Shown here: piece after piece, positions 1-13,089 of the stretch
Layout of the letters: the number at the start of each line of letters is the position of its first letter
How positions within the stretch are numbered: the first letter of the stretch is position 1
NCBI RefSeq assembly: GCF_018350175.1
Contig: NC_058383.1
Location: 20,896,001-20,960,000 of the forward strand
Direction: 5' to 3'
DNA length: 64,000 nt
From: Felis catus
Taxonomy: Eukaryota
The notes under the pieces: model-generated
Database searches by the model: none
What the model was told of the DNA's origin: nothing
The model's input: only the letters and a program-made list of their open reading frames with translations
Made by a program: the position numbers and the translations under genes

Positions 1-224
1 AATCATTTCCTCCTAGAAGCTCTGTGGCCACTCTGTATTCTCACAGAGAGAGAAGCTGATCTGGGTACATCTTTCTTACTGAAGTGGAGAGAGTTTCTTT
101 ATTCTCCTTTGGATTAGATGACTTGCATCAGGGTCCCTCTCCGGAGTGGAATGGCAGACTGATTTCGTTGCCCCTTCCTCCTACTCAAGATTACCACAAG
201 ACGTACATCAAAACCCATCTCCCT

Positions 225-424
225 GAGGCGCCTGGGTGGCCCAGTGGGGTTGAGCGTCTTGACTTCAGCTCAGGTCACGATCTCATGGTTCATGAGTTCT
301 AGCCCCACATCAGGCTCACAGGTGTCCACGCAGAACCCACTTGAGATCCTCTGTCCTCCTCTCTCTGCCCCTCCCCCAATCGTGCTCGCTCGCTCTCTCT
401 CAAAAATAAATAAAACGTTAAAAG
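225..424 (+). mobile_element. Can-SINE (tRNA-derived carnivore SINE)
   Basis: GGCGCCTGGGTGGC head, CT-rich tract, AAAATAAATAAA tail; imperfect TSD accc(a/t)ctccct. Confidence 0.9.
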
Positions 425-1166
425 AAGACCCTCTCCCTTTCTTCCTACATGTCACAGGACTTCTCCTGTGAAGGCAAGCCAGGAGAAGCCATCGATAACT
501 TCACCTGCAGAAAACACAGTAGGGCTTCAGCCAAAACACGACAACACAGGAAATCCCTTCTTCCAGTCGATCCTCGAGGGCTCCTGGTTTCTCAAGCCTT
601 GCATAACGAATCTTACAGTTTGAGTAACACTGTCTTCCAAGAATCCGGCATTCCGGCTGTTATTCACAGTTCTACCCATTGACAACAAAGCATAGTTGGT
701 GCTGGCAATGAGACGCAAGCATCTGTTTTCTGAATGGTTGATGAGCAGTACTTTTGGACCTTTGCAAACCTATCACTTCCTTAGTGCAGGGGACGCCTTG
801 AAAGGAAGTGAAAATACAGGGGCAGGGGGCGGGGGGAAAGGGGTTGAGAACAGTCAAGAGGCAGCAGTCACAACAACAGGGGCATTACTGTTATTAGAAA
901 GCTGACAAGCTCTTACTGGATGGCATGTAGCGTTCTAAGCTCCTCACGGGCATGGAATTCTTCGGTGATTCCTAACTTACCTGAGAATAAGGTACAATTT
1001 ATTATCTGTACTTTAAGGGTGACAAAATAGAAGATTAAACAGGTTAACTTGCAAAGAGTCGTAATTCAGTGGAAGGTTGGGAGTCTGAATGCAAGGCTCT
1101 TAATATCAGAGCCCAAGTACCTAGTCATCACGTTATACTGCCTGAGATTAAAAATACAAACAAATA

Positions 1167-1278
1167 GGGGCGCCTGGGTGGCGTCTCTCTCTGTCCCAAA
1201 AATAAATAAACGTTGAAAAAAAAATTAAAAAAATTAAAAAATTAAAAAAAAATTAATTAAAAAAATTAAAAAAAAAAA
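1167..1278 (+). mobile_element. Young SINEC_Fc-type SINE with large internal deletion
   Basis: GGGGCGCCTGGGTGGCG joined directly to TCTCTCTCTGTCCCAAAAATAAATAAACGTTG plus A-tail; TSD aaaaa(t/c)acaaacaaat at 1150-1165 and 1274-1289. Confidence 0.85.
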
Positions 1279-2564
1279 CACAAACAAATGAAACTACTTG
1301 GAAATTCTTCCACATCTAGAATCTTCTTTCAAGAAAAGGAGCATGGAGGAAACGGAGACAAACTTAAGGGTCGAGGTGGTCTTTGTTTGGGTCCAAACAA
1401 TGGCACTTTTTGACTCTGTGATCTGGAACCACCCACCATACTCACACCTGAAAGACGTTACCTCGTTCACACAATGAGGATAATGATTCTCATTTTGCAA
1501 GGTTTCAGTGAAAACAGAAAATGGGAGGAGATGGAAACAACAACTATGAACTCTAAAATGCTAATTGTCACTGATAATAACTCATCTTTGCAATGGCATA
1601 ATTGGTGGCTCAGTGGCAACAGTGAACTGATATCGACCAGCATTATTAGACCACAGACGGGAAATCTGTGTATAACACCAAATTCCAAGCATCCCGTTTC
1701 TTCTAAAGTGGAATAGCGTGAAGCAGACCAACACTCCCACCAAGAGCCATGATAAAAGCCAATAACGTATCAAAATTCATCTGTTTGAAAGCATCGGTGT
1801 GTTTCTATGGCAGCCAGAATTTAAAATTCAGACCCCAGAGAGAAGGAAAGCTCGCAAAGACGAGCCCAATTGTCTGCATGCTGATGTTTTCCACAGGATA
1901 TTTGTCAAAATTACTGGCACAGGTTAAGAAGCTGAAGGAATAGGCAAAGGCAATTGTTGCAAGGGAGGCAAACCAGCAGAGACAGAGGCAACTGCATGGG
2001 GCTTGGGTTAAAATAAATTGGGGTTTAGGGATGCCAACTTAACTAGAACTTGAGAAGCAAAAATCAGAGACAGAAGGAAAGAACAGAGAAGTGAGACTAA
2101 AATTCAGCACCACTTTTTCTCTTGAAGCATTGTCTACGAAATGTCACAGGGCAGGAAGCGAAGGAGCCAAACTAAAAGGGATAAAAAGAAGGCAGAGTTC
2201 TGACAGTCTTACGGCGCTGGAGAAACAAAACTCACATGTGAAGATCTGCCATTGGGAAGAGATCTGGGAAATACCCTAGGCTCTAGTTGGGACACAAAGA
2301 GGGTGAGACCCTAAGACTGAGGTTGAACAAAAGGCAGACTGAGCCCTTCAAGGAACGTAACACAATCTCAAGTCCGCTCTGCCCACGGCGGTGTGAGATG
2401 ATCTGTCCCTGTCCCCTGCCGTACAAAGGAGTGACTCTTCACTGAAGAACAAGAACACCATCCACATTTTTTACAATTTGACGTTCATAATGTCCAACAT
2501 CCAACCAAATCACCAGGCATATCAAAAGGCAGTGTAACCGGGAAAAGAGACAGATCACAAAAAG

Positions 2565-2802
2565 AGATCCACAAGTGACTCATTTATTGAAATTATGAGA
2601 CTCAGACTTTAAACTTTGGGATGGTCAACAGAATAGATGAGAATCTGATAACGTAACTGAAACAGATTAAAATAGAAATTCTAGATCCACAAGCGACTCA
2701 TTTATTGAAATTATGAGACTCAGACTTTAAACTTTGGGATGGCCAATAGAATAGATGAGAATCTGATAACGCAATTGAAACAGAGAATAAAATAGAAATT
2801 CT
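2565..2802. repeat. Tandem duplication, 2 x ~118 bp
   Basis: agatccacaag(t/c)gactcatttattgaaattatgagactcagac... starts at both 2565 and 2683, with only a few substitutions and a small indel. Confidence 0.95.
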
Positions 2803-3643
2803 AGAGCCAAAAGCTACAACAACTGACAGTAAGAACTCAGTCGACATAAAAAGAGCACGAAAGGGATATATGTCACCCTGGGAAAAGGTTTATCACATAT
2901 GGAATCTGGGTCCTACGAGAGAAAAACAGGGAGAAAGGAAACAGACGAAGGTGTGACTAGACAGTAGCTCAGAATTTTCTAAAACCAGTCAATGACCTCA
3001 TGACATGGATGTAAGAAGTGATACAACGCCCTACAAGGATACTTACAAAGAAAATTACATCTAAGTAGCTCACATATAAACTGGCGAGAATGAAAAAAAA
3101 ACAAAATTTTCAAATATTGGCTTGGGGGGGGGGGAGGACCGACATGTGTCCTCTAAGGAGCAAAAATTAAACTATCAGCTGATTTTTCACGACGGTACTG
3201 GAAGCCGGAACATGATGGAACAGCATAAAGTGGAGAAGAACTCCCAACCTAAACTTCTATACTCAAGACAAAACGTTTTTCACTAGCAAAGGTGAAATAA
3301 ACACATTTCCAAACAGAGAAAACCTCAGAGAGTTCATTGCCGGCAGACCCATGCCAAGGAAATACCGTAAGGAATTACCGAGAAAGGAAGAAAAGGATCC
3401 CAGGCAGAAACACGAACGCAGAGAGGAATTTTAAAAGTTTAAGGGCGAGAATGAATTTAGTGAAACACTGAATGCACACAAGAAGTAGCATGTTTTGCAG
3501 TGTTAACGACTATGCGTAGAATTAAAATGCATGACGACAATAACTCAGAAGGCTACAAAGAGTAGGGAGAGTTAACATGTTCTCTATCCCTACCATTATT
3601 TGTGAAACGATTAATAATAGGCTGTGATATTCAAAGATTCATG

Positions 3644-3787
3644 TTTTTTAAATGTTTATTTTTGTGACGGGCTCCAGGCTCTGAGCTGCCAGCACGGAGC
3701 CCGACACGGGGCTCAAACTCACGAGCCGTGAGATCATGACCTGAGCCGAAGCTGGACGCTCAACCGACTGAGCCACCCGGGCGCCCC
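3644..3787 (-). mobile_element. Can-SINE lacking the CT tract
   Basis: Reverse-strand head (gccacccgggcgcccc) and tail present, CT segment missing; TSD-like tcaaagatt...gtttt on both sides. Confidence 0.85.
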
Positions 3788-3902
3788 TCAAAGATTTCAC
3801 GTTTTAATCCCTAGGGAACCCCTATAAGAATCTACAAACTAACACAAGGGGATAATGGAATAATTTTTTAAATAAATTTTCAATCAATTTTTTCCCGTTT
3901 TA

Positions 3903-4118
3903 AAATTTTTTTTTTCAACATTTATTTATTTTTGGGACAGAGAGAGACAGAGCATGAACGGGGGAGGGGCAGAGAGAGAGGGAGACACAGAATCGGAAAC
4001 AGGCTCCAGGCTCTGAGCCATCAGCCCAGAGCCTGACGCGGGGCTCGAACTCACGGACCGCGAGATCGTGACCTGGCTGAAGTCGGACGCTTAACCGACT
4101 GCGCCACCCAGGCGCCCC
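3903..4118 (-). mobile_element. Young SINEC_Fc-type SINE
   Basis: Near-identical to copies at 16704, 17733, 29935, 45973 and 58005. Confidence 0.95.
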
Positions 4119-4141
4119 CTGTTTTAAACTAACCAAGAGGG

Positions 4142-4183
<42 letters not shown>

Positions 4184-4814
4184 CTGGGAAAATAAAAAAT
4201 GGTTACATAAAAATTGCAACATATCAGCAACTAAATTAAACATAAATAACCTAAATGCACCAACTTAAAAGCATCAAAATGAATTAAAATAGAACACTGT
4301 ATATTGATTTTATAGAAGGCATACCTTTAATATAAGAACACATAAAGGTGGACAGTAAGGGGGTGGAGAAAGTTATACCAGGCAAGCACGATGCGAAAGA
4401 AAGTCAATGCAGCTATACGTGTATAAGGCAAGGCAGTCGTTAAAGCAAGACACCTCACTAAAGATAAAGAGCTGCTCACAGTAGTAACGTGGTCAATCCT
4501 CCTGGAAGACAGAAACCGTCTAAAATGTGTCCACGACTAAGAGCATAACATCAGACACATAAAGCAAACAATGAGGTTGCTAAAGGAAATACGCAAAGCC
4601 ACAGACACGGCAGAGGACTTTCACAGACTCTCCCGGGGACACAGTAAGTGGTGGGAGCGAGCAGAGCAAAATACCAGAAAGAAGGTTCTTTTAATCTCAA
4701 CATGATTAACAGTATTTACCGAAATGACGTGTGTAGAATGTGACGCCCAGCAATTAGATCATAAACAAAATGGTGAAGTATATTTGGCCATTTATTAAAA
4801 TTTATCATATCCTG

Positions 4815-4936
4815 TACAGGTGCGCGGTTTCGAAGGGACACAGGCACCCCAATGTTTGTAGGAGCGCTGTCGACAAGAGCCAAAGTATGGAAAGAGCCCG
4901 AACGTCCATCGATGGATGAATGGATGAAGAAGATGT

Positions 4937-4982
<46 letters not shown>

Positions 4983-5415
4983 ACGGAGTATTACTCGGCA
5001 ATCCAAAAGAATGAAACCTTGCCATTTGCAACTACGTGTATGGAACTAGAGGGTATTATGCTAAGTGAAATTAGTCAGAGGAAGACAAAAATCATATGAC
5101 TTGACTCATATGAGGACTTTAAGAGACAAAACAGGTGAACATAAGGAAAGGGAAGCCAAAATAACATAAAAACAGGGAGGGAGACAAAACAGAAGAGACT
5201 CTTAAATACAGAGAACAAACTGAGGGTCACTGGAGGGGTTGGGGGGGGGGGGGGATGGGCTAAATGGGGAAGGGGCATCGGAGAGGACACCTGTTGAGAT
5301 GAGCACTGGGTGTTACACATAGGAATCCAATCCTGAAATCATCCTAGCGCTATATGCTAACTAACTTGGATGTAAATTTAAAAACAAGCAAGTAAATTAA
5401 AAAAATTATTTTAAA
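4815..5415 (+). mobile_element. 5'-truncated carnivore L1 3' end inserted in the older L1
   Basis: gatgaatggatgaagaagatgtggta, tgccatttgcaactacg, ctaagtgaaattagtcagag motifs; internal (TA)n; TSD aaa(a/c)tttatc(a/c)tatcctg at 4797-4814 and 5416-5433. Confidence 0.9.
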
Positions 5416-7683
5416 AAACTTTATCCTATCCTGGATTATAAAGTGAGCCCAAGCAAACGTCATTCAGAGCGTATTATCTGAGTACATTAAAATTCAACAA
5501 CAAATCGGTAACAAAAGAAAACTAAGCAATCAAAAATATTTGGAAACTAAACATTGTACTTGTTAGTAACCATAATGGGGGGGGGGGGACATAGTAACAT
5601 GGAAATTAGAAAATATTTTCCTCTGAATATTAATGAAAATACAATTGGTACGATGCAACTAAATTGTTTAGAGGGAAATTCATAGCCTAAATGCATCTAT
5701 TAGAAGAGAAGAAAAGCCAAAAGCAATTATCTAGCTCTGTAGCTCAAAAAATTAAGAGCCAAATAAACTACAAAAGGAGACAGAAAGACATAATAAACAT
5801 AAGGGGAAATCTGACACGCAAATAGAGAAAAATCAAAGAAGTAGAAGGTGGTTCTCTGAAAAGACTAAAAAATTGATACAAAACGGATACATGCCTCTCC
5901 AGAGGGTCAAGAAAACAAAGTATCAGTTACAATGTCAAGGGTGAAAGAAGCAAGATCATCCCAAATCCCACCGACACTCAAAAGATAATGGAAGAATATA
6001 AAGATTACCTTTCTGCCCACCAACGTGAAATTTCAGATTAATGCAAAAAAATCTTAGAACACAATTTAGAATACGAGTACAAGAAGAAGCAGTAAATCTG
6101 AACAGTCCTTATCAATTAATTAAATTAAAAATTAAAAATACATGCAAACTTCCAAACCTAGAAATCCCCAGGCCCTGATAGCTTTATCCATGAAATTCTC
6201 CAAGCATTTAAGTTACAGTTAGCACCAGTCTTACACAAAACCTTCCTATTTACAACAACAACAACAACAACAACAACAACAGGGCTATTTCTCAACTTGT
6301 TTTGGAAAGTCAGCATTACCTTAAACACAATCAAAATCGGATACGGTTAGTACAAGAAAGGAAAGTGAGAGAGCCATCTCTTTAATAAATATAGATGTAA
6401 ATATGCTAAATAAAAATTACCAAATGTATCCTGTCAATTAATGTTATAATACACCTCAGTATTTTTTTAAAAAATCAACGTAAGTCACCATACTAACAGA
6501 AAAAGGAGGAAAAATCATACCAAAAGATGAGCAAAAATCATCTGATAAGACACAATACCAATTCACGATCATTTGCAAGCAAATGATGGATAAAAATGGT
6601 ATTTCCTTTATCTGATAGAAAGCAACTTAAAAACCCTAGAGCAATTACCATAATCAAATCGGAAATGTTGAAAGTTTCTTCTCTGAAGGAAGAAACAAGA
6701 CAAGGATGTTTCCTATCCCACTGTTATCCAACAACATATAGGAAATGAAGTCCCAGAAGACAAGAAAATGGATTAGAAACGGAAAAATACAATTGTCAAT
6801 ATTCACAGTTTACTAACTTCTACATACTAAGATCCAAAAGAATATACAGACACGTTACTAGAAATGAAAGTGAATTTGGACAATATCCAAAAAATAGACT
6901 GTATTTCTAGATACTAGTAACAAATGATTATAAACTGAAAAAGTTTTAAACCTACATTTGCAGTATCATCAAAAACATAGGACTAAATGTAACAAAAACG
7001 TGCAGGCCCTCTACACAGGAAGCTGGGAAACATTGACCTAAGTTAAGACATCTTAATACGTGGAAAGATTTAAATGAAGATGCTAACTTTTCCCACAAAC
7101 TAGGCTCTACATTTGATGTGATTCAAATCAAAACCCAATGACTTGCTTTTGTGCAAACTGATACAGTTCTAAAATAGATACGGAAACGTAAGAGACCAAG
7201 ATAAGACAAGATAATCGTGGAGGAAAGGAGTTAGACTCTCAGATATCAAGAGTTATTACAAAGCTACAAGAACTGAAATGGTGTGAAATTGGTTCAGGAA
7301 CAGGCAACAATCCAACAAAACAGAACAGAGTACAGAAACAGACCCACAAACATGCCATCAGTTCATTTGGGACAAAAGTGACGTTACACAGCCAGTGGGG
7401 GTAAGTAGATTATCTGTCAATAAATGGTTCTGTGTCATCGGGATCCCATCAGAGAACAAAACAATGACAACAAATAAAAGAAACAATGGATCTTTACCTC
7501 TACTTCGCCAAAAAATTCCATCATATATGGAGATCCGAACTTGAAAAACAGAACCACAAGCCTTTGAGAAGAAGGCACAGAATGTCATCATGACCCCGAG
7601 ATAAAATCTTAATTTTTAAGCGGGATGAGAAAAGCACTTATTATAAAGAAAGGTATTGACACATAAGGCTATATAGAAGTTTA

Positions 7684-7853
7684 GGGGGCGCCTGAGAGGG
7701 CACCCGGGTGAAGCGTCCGACTTCGGCTCAGGTCATGATCTTATGGTTCATGAGTTCAAGCCCTGCGTCCGGCTCTGTGCTGACAGCTCAGAACCTGGAA
7801 CCTGCTTAGGATTCTGTGTCTCCCTCTCTCTTTGCCCCTCCCCCGCGTGCACT

Positions 7854-7904
<51 letters not shown>

Positions 7905-7929
7905 AAAAATAAATAAACATTAAAAAAAG
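7684..7929 (+). mobile_element. Can-SINE
   Basis: Head, (CT)n, A-tail. Confidence 0.9.
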
Positions 7930-8096
7930 TGGTTTTTTTTAAGTTAAAAATTCCTGTTCACAAAGGCAACATGAAAAGACTAGTTGAAGATATATTAAAC
8001 ACATATATCCAACAGGGGACTTTTATCCAGAATATATAAAGAACATCTATAAATCAGTAAGTAAAAAAAAGCAAACCATTAAAAACGACGGTTAAA

Positions 8097-8203
8097 GGGG
8101 CACCTGGGTGGCTCAGTGCGTTGAGCATCTGACTCTTGATTTTGGCTTGGGTCATGATCTCATGGTCGTGAGATCTCCACACTGAGCGTGGAAGCTGCTT
8201 AAG

Positions 8204-8246
<43 letters not shown>

Positions 8247-8302
8247 CCCTTCCCCCTACATACACTCTGTCTCCCTCTCTCTCTCAAATTAAAAAAAAAA
8301 AA
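8097..8302 (+). mobile_element. Can-SINE
   Basis: Head, (CT)n, A-tail. Confidence 0.88.
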
Positions 8303-8406
8303 CCTCAAAAAATGTGAAATGCAATTCACAGAAGCGTACAGCCAAGGGTTCAGTTAGTACACAAAAGTGATCCAGCTTGTTAGACATCAGAAAAATGCTA
8401 ATTAAC

Positions 8407-8610
8407 GGGGGCCTGGGTGGTCAGTCAGTTAAGTGTCCGACTTCAGCTCAGGTCATGATCTCACAGTTCATGAGTTCAAGTCCTGTGTCAGGCTCTGTGC
8501 TGACAGCTCAGAGCCTGGAGCCTGCTTCGGATTCTGTGTCTCCCTCTCTCTGCCCCTGCCCTGCTCACGCTCTGTCTGTCTCTCTCAAAAATAAATAAAC
8601 ATAAAAAAAA
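8407..8610 (+). mobile_element. Can-SINE
   Basis: Head and tail; TSD-like agaaaa..tgctaattaa. Confidence 0.9.
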
Positions 8611-9333
8611 ATTAGAAAAGTGCTAATTAAGACCACAATGAGACACACTCCCACCACCAACAAAAGACAAAAATTAACACAACTGACAGGTGCCAAGTGC
8701 AGGTAAAGATGTGGAGGACCTTGAACTCTCAGACACTGCTGGTGGGAACTTGAATTCTTAGCAGCAAATTTCAGAAAACTGTTTACGGTTTTACCTACAT
8801 TTGAAGCTAAGTCAACATTATGACGAAGGCACTCCACTCTTTAGAATACGGTCACCAGGAATGTGTGTACATGCTCCCCGAAGGAACGTTCAAGAATGTT
8901 CATGGTAGTGCCGTTTACCAATAACAAAAACGCAGAGGCATCCTCAAATTCCTCAACAGTAGAACGGGTACACGATTTTCAGCATACTTGCGTGACGGAA
9001 TACCACACGGCGATGAAAAAGAATGAGCTACGGCATGAACGTATCTCACAAATAACGCAGGGCTGCTGAAATCAGACACAAAAACGTACACTTTATGATT
9101 GCATATACACAAAGGTCAAATAGGCAAAGTTCATCTGCGGTAATGGAAGTCAGGGGAGTCCCGGTGACTGGCTGGTAGAGACGGCAAGGTGCACGAGTGG
9201 GCGCCTTCTGTTTCCTGATCCGCATGGTGGCTGCAATTTGGGACAATTCATCACACCGCGCCCTTAAGATTTATGCCCATCACCGTATGTGTTAATACTC
9301 GCATTGAAGAGCAACTTTTAAAAACCCAGCTCT

Positions 9334-9540
9334 GGGGCGCCCGGGTGGCTCATCAGTTGACCGTCGACTTCAGCTCAGGTCGTCATCTTGCTGATCGTGG
9401 GTTCGAGTCCCACGTTAGGCTCTGTGCTGACAGCTCAGAGCCAAGAGCCTGCTTCAGATTCTGTCTCTCTCTCTCCCTCTCTCTGCCCCTCCCCTGCTTG
9501 TGCTCTCTCTCTCTCTCTCTCAAAAATAAATAAATAAAAA
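9334..9540 (+). mobile_element. Can-SINE
   Basis: Head, (CT)n, A-tail. Confidence 0.9.
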
Positions 9541-9999
9541 TCGTTTTAAATGTCCTCTGAATTGTCAGGTTACGTCAACAACCCAAGAAGATGCACCACA
9601 TTATTCTGAAGGACCCGCATGTTCCTTTGTGCTCCCAGAGGCCACATCTCCTGGTTTAAAAGAACAGACTTACAGAAGGGGTGACGGGCTCAAATTCCCA
9701 CAGGGGTCAAGCAGGTTAAGACAAAGGATACAGGAGAGGGAACAAAAGCCTGTCTGAGGCAGAGAGGCTCTCAGGGACTGTCTGTTAAATTTCCATGCAG
9801 GCCAAACACATCCCAACATGAATAAAGTCTACGTAAAACCACTCCCCCGCCCCTGATTTGGAAGACACGCTCTCCTGCTCTTCCTTCTAAAATACAGGCA
9901 ATTACTTACGCTGTTGCTAACATCCGTTCTCCAAATACCCTGTATTTGTCTTCTTATACAAGATCCTTCTTTCAAACAGAGATAAGGCATAGAAGCTTT

Positions 10000-10660
10000 G
10001 GTATATATTTACTTAGTGAAACCATATTATACTTTCTGAAAATCAGATGGCTTTATCTGTGTCATCTCTAGGAGGAAAATTGCCCTCTCCAACAGGTATA
10101 CTCGCATTTCATGTGACATTTTTAACAGCTTCGAAGTTTCTACCTCAACCGGCAATGTTTGAATTGCTTTTAATTTAGCAGGTGGGAAGAAGAGAATAAT
10201 CTGGCAGCTCCCTTCTGACACCTGTCAGAGGCAGGGTCCTCCCATGAGAATTCGGTGTTCGCAAAAGTAGTTTTTTTCCATTTACGCTACCGAGAACATC
10301 CCCTTACAGCATGGTCCCGGGGCCACCTTTCTCGAGGCAGACACCAGCCGGTGAAAGTAACAGGGTATTTGGGTTTGGTTCTTTTTTTCTTTCTTTTTTT
10401 TTTTATAACTTAGTATAATGAGGAATTTGATCTGAACTTAGTAATGAAAGGGAAAAATTAATTTCAAACCTGACATCAATGACCTTTCCAATTACGTGTT
10501 ACAGCTCTTGTACAACCCCCCGCACGTATGCAACGGTCTGCCTGATTTGCTCGGAATAAAATGAAAGGTCTGGGGACCAAGATCGCACCGTTCGGGGGAG
10601 CCCATTGTTAAGTCAAGAGCAAGGTTTAATGGGTCTACCCTGAAAAACAAAAGCGCTATC
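10000..10660. promoter_or_regulatory. Candidate conserved non-coding element/enhancer
   Basis: Repeat-free; TGACACCTGTCA palindrome at 10216-10227; several TAAT cores; CATTGTT SOX site near 10603. Confidence 0.45.
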
Positions 10661-11402
10661 TCCTCCGCCACCCAAAGGTCCTCTACTATTTTACTTACAA
10701 ATCGTTTTAGAATAAGAACAGTGGTAATAATGATGATGATCTAGGTAACCAGACCGAGCACTTAATAGAACGTCGGGGCTAAGTGCATCGTGTGCATTTT
10801 TTATGTAATCCTCCCAGCTTTTTAGGGTAGGTACTGAGAACCTCCCTGTCGCTCAAGATGACACAGAGGCTCACGGGAGTGACTAGAAACTCCCGGCAGC
10901 TGCCGAGACTGAACATCAGACACTGCTCTTCACCTTAACTCAACCATTCACTGCCTAGAAATCTGGAGGGCCCTTCAGAAATCACCTACCCATCCTTAAA
11001 TTCGTACAGTCTCCCCAACTCTGGCCATCTCCTGGCCTTCCCCAGCTCAGCGAACATCGCCACCTTCCATTTAGCTGCTCACGCCAGAAATCCAGGAGAC
11101 GTTACTGATTCACATCCTCCCCCCCGCCCCCGCCCCCGCCATCCAATGCCGCTCCAAGACGGGCTCATTCTACGTCTTTGACAGCAACTGTATCGATTCA
11201 CTTCCCTACATCTCCACCACCCCTGGCCTTGTCCAAACTGCCATCGTCTCAGAATCATCTGATGGTCGCCCAATACTCTCTGAATAAAGACCGGCATTCA
11301 CAACGTGGCCTGACAAGCCTCGCACAGACCCCCTTCCACTGCCCCTCTTCCTGTCTGTGTTTCAACCCACCCGACTTCAGGGTTTTCGAAGCTCGGGGCT
11401 CC

Positions 11403-11637
11403 TTTTTTTTTTAATTTTTTTTTAATGTTTGTTTATTTTTGAGAGAGAGAGAGAGAGAGGGACAGACAGAGCATGAACGGGGAGGGGCAGAGAGAGAGGG
11501 AGACCCAGAATCCAAAGCAGTCTCCAGGGTCTGAGCTGTCAGCCCAGAGCCCGACGCGGGGCTTGAACTCACGGACCGTGAGATCACGACCCGAGCCGAA
11601 GTCGGCCCCCTAACTGACTGAGCCACCCGGGCGCCCC
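11403..11637 (-). mobile_element. Can-SINE (inside an L2 remnant)
   Basis: Reverse-strand head, (GA)n, T-tail. Confidence 0.92.
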
Positions 11638-12275
11638 TCTCCGGTCTCCTTCTGATCCCAACTGCTGTGCCCACTGCTCCCTCTGGCCCAGAATTCTCTC
11701 CCTTTCTTCTTCACCTGGTTAAAGTCCACTCACCTCTCTGGCTCATTATCATCTCCTGAGGGAAGCTGAGACAGGGAAGCTCTGACCAGGTCCGACCCCT
11801 CTTCTAGAACGACGCACCTGTCACTGGAAACACAACCCGGAACGGCAAGGACGTATCTGTGTGTGTGGCCTAACGAACAACGGGCCGTTTACTGAACTAG
11901 TTGGAAACAAATTCTTTGAGTGACTGACATCTCCCCATCAACAGAGGCTCAGGGGCAGGTCAGTGAAATGACCAGTGCACGCGCTTCAAGGTCAGGGACC
12001 TTGAGTTTGAACCCCGCCTCTACTAACCAGCCGTGCGACCTCGCACAAAACGCCTGAACTCCCTGGTGCTCGGTTCTCTCACGCGTAGAGCGAGAATGGT
12101 GCTGAGACCCCTCCCTTCCCAGGGTCGCTGTCCCGGGTAAATGCGGCGAGGAGGTAAAGGTCCCCCACTTGCGACTCTTCCCATGTGGGAGGGGCCACCC
12201 GGCATTTGCCAGAAACTTAGGTATGAAAATACGGACTGATTTCTAACGAAGGTTGTGGAGTAAAAAAGCAAATCG

Positions 12276-12380
12276 TGGGGCACCCAGCTGTCTCGGCTGG
12301 AGGCACACGCGAGTGTGAATCTCGGGGTCCTGAGTTCGAGCCCAGCCAGGGGTATAGAGATTACTAAAAAAATCAACTTT
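12276..12380 (+). mobile_element. Short old Can-SINE (tRNA-like head, no CT tract)
   Basis: ggggcacccagctg...gagttcgagccc...gtatagagattactaaaaaaa. Confidence 0.7.
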
Positions 12381-12812
12381 AAGATGAAACAGCAAACTGC
12401 CCAGCAATACCTAAAGCATCGCCGATGTTTAAATACCCACCAAATGTTACTACAGAGCACAGGGACTGGAACCGTGTTGTTCAAATAAATACACCACAGG
12501 GACGGAGTCTGAGAGACAGGACAAAATGGAGATGGAAACGGAGAAGAGGGAGGGGACGCTGGCCGTGCGTGAGGCATATGCTGGCTCTCTGAAAAGCATA
12601 ACACTTTCAGATGCGTGAAACAAGTAACCGTTGAACAGCAACACTAGACCAATCAGTATAACCAAGCCTCCAGGCTACCCGCCTCCTTCTGTCCAGTGAT
12701 CAACAGCCCTCTGTGCCCGAAGCTATGCCTCAAAGAGCAAAAACAACCAACGGATAAACACTAAATAGATAAAATAACGCATCTTAAAAAACAGATCCTT
12801 TAAAAAAAGGAA

Positions 12813-13030
12813 GGGGTGCCTGGGTGGCTCAGTTGGTTGAGCGTTTGACTTCGGCTCAGGTCATGATCTCACAGTCCGTCGGTGTGAGTCCCGCGTCCGG
12901 CTCTGGGCTGACAGCTCGAAGCCTGGAGAGCCTGCTTTGGATTCTGTGTCTCCCCCTCTCTCTGCTCCTCCCCAGCTCGTGCTGTGTCTCTCTCTCTCTC
13001 TCTTAAAAATAAGTAAACGTTAAAAAAAAT
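12813..13030 (+). mobile_element. Can-SINE
   Basis: Head, (CT)n, A-tail. Confidence 0.9.
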
Positions 13031-13089
13031 TTTTTTTTAAGTGCTTAGCAAATCTAGTCGCCCAAGTCATTCGAAATCTCTGAAATCTA

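Larger units (their letters stand above)
2450..9315 (+). mobile_element. Old, decayed LINE-1 (L1M-type) with ORF1/ORF2 remnants and 3' UTR, interrupted by younger insertions
   Basis: A-rich plus strand; ORF2-like passages (e.g. ggaaattagaaaatatttt, gaaacaagacaaggatg, tacaaagctacaagaactgaaatggtgtg); L1M 3' UTR-like passages at 8620-9310; no intact ORF. Confidence 0.8.

Noticed and set aside
4200..8060. L1 ORF2 as a coding gene
   Set aside because: Full of stops and frameshifts; no long ORF in the track.
12276..12380. tRNA-like sequence
   Set aside because: Degenerate SINE head with A-tail; no intact cloverleaf.
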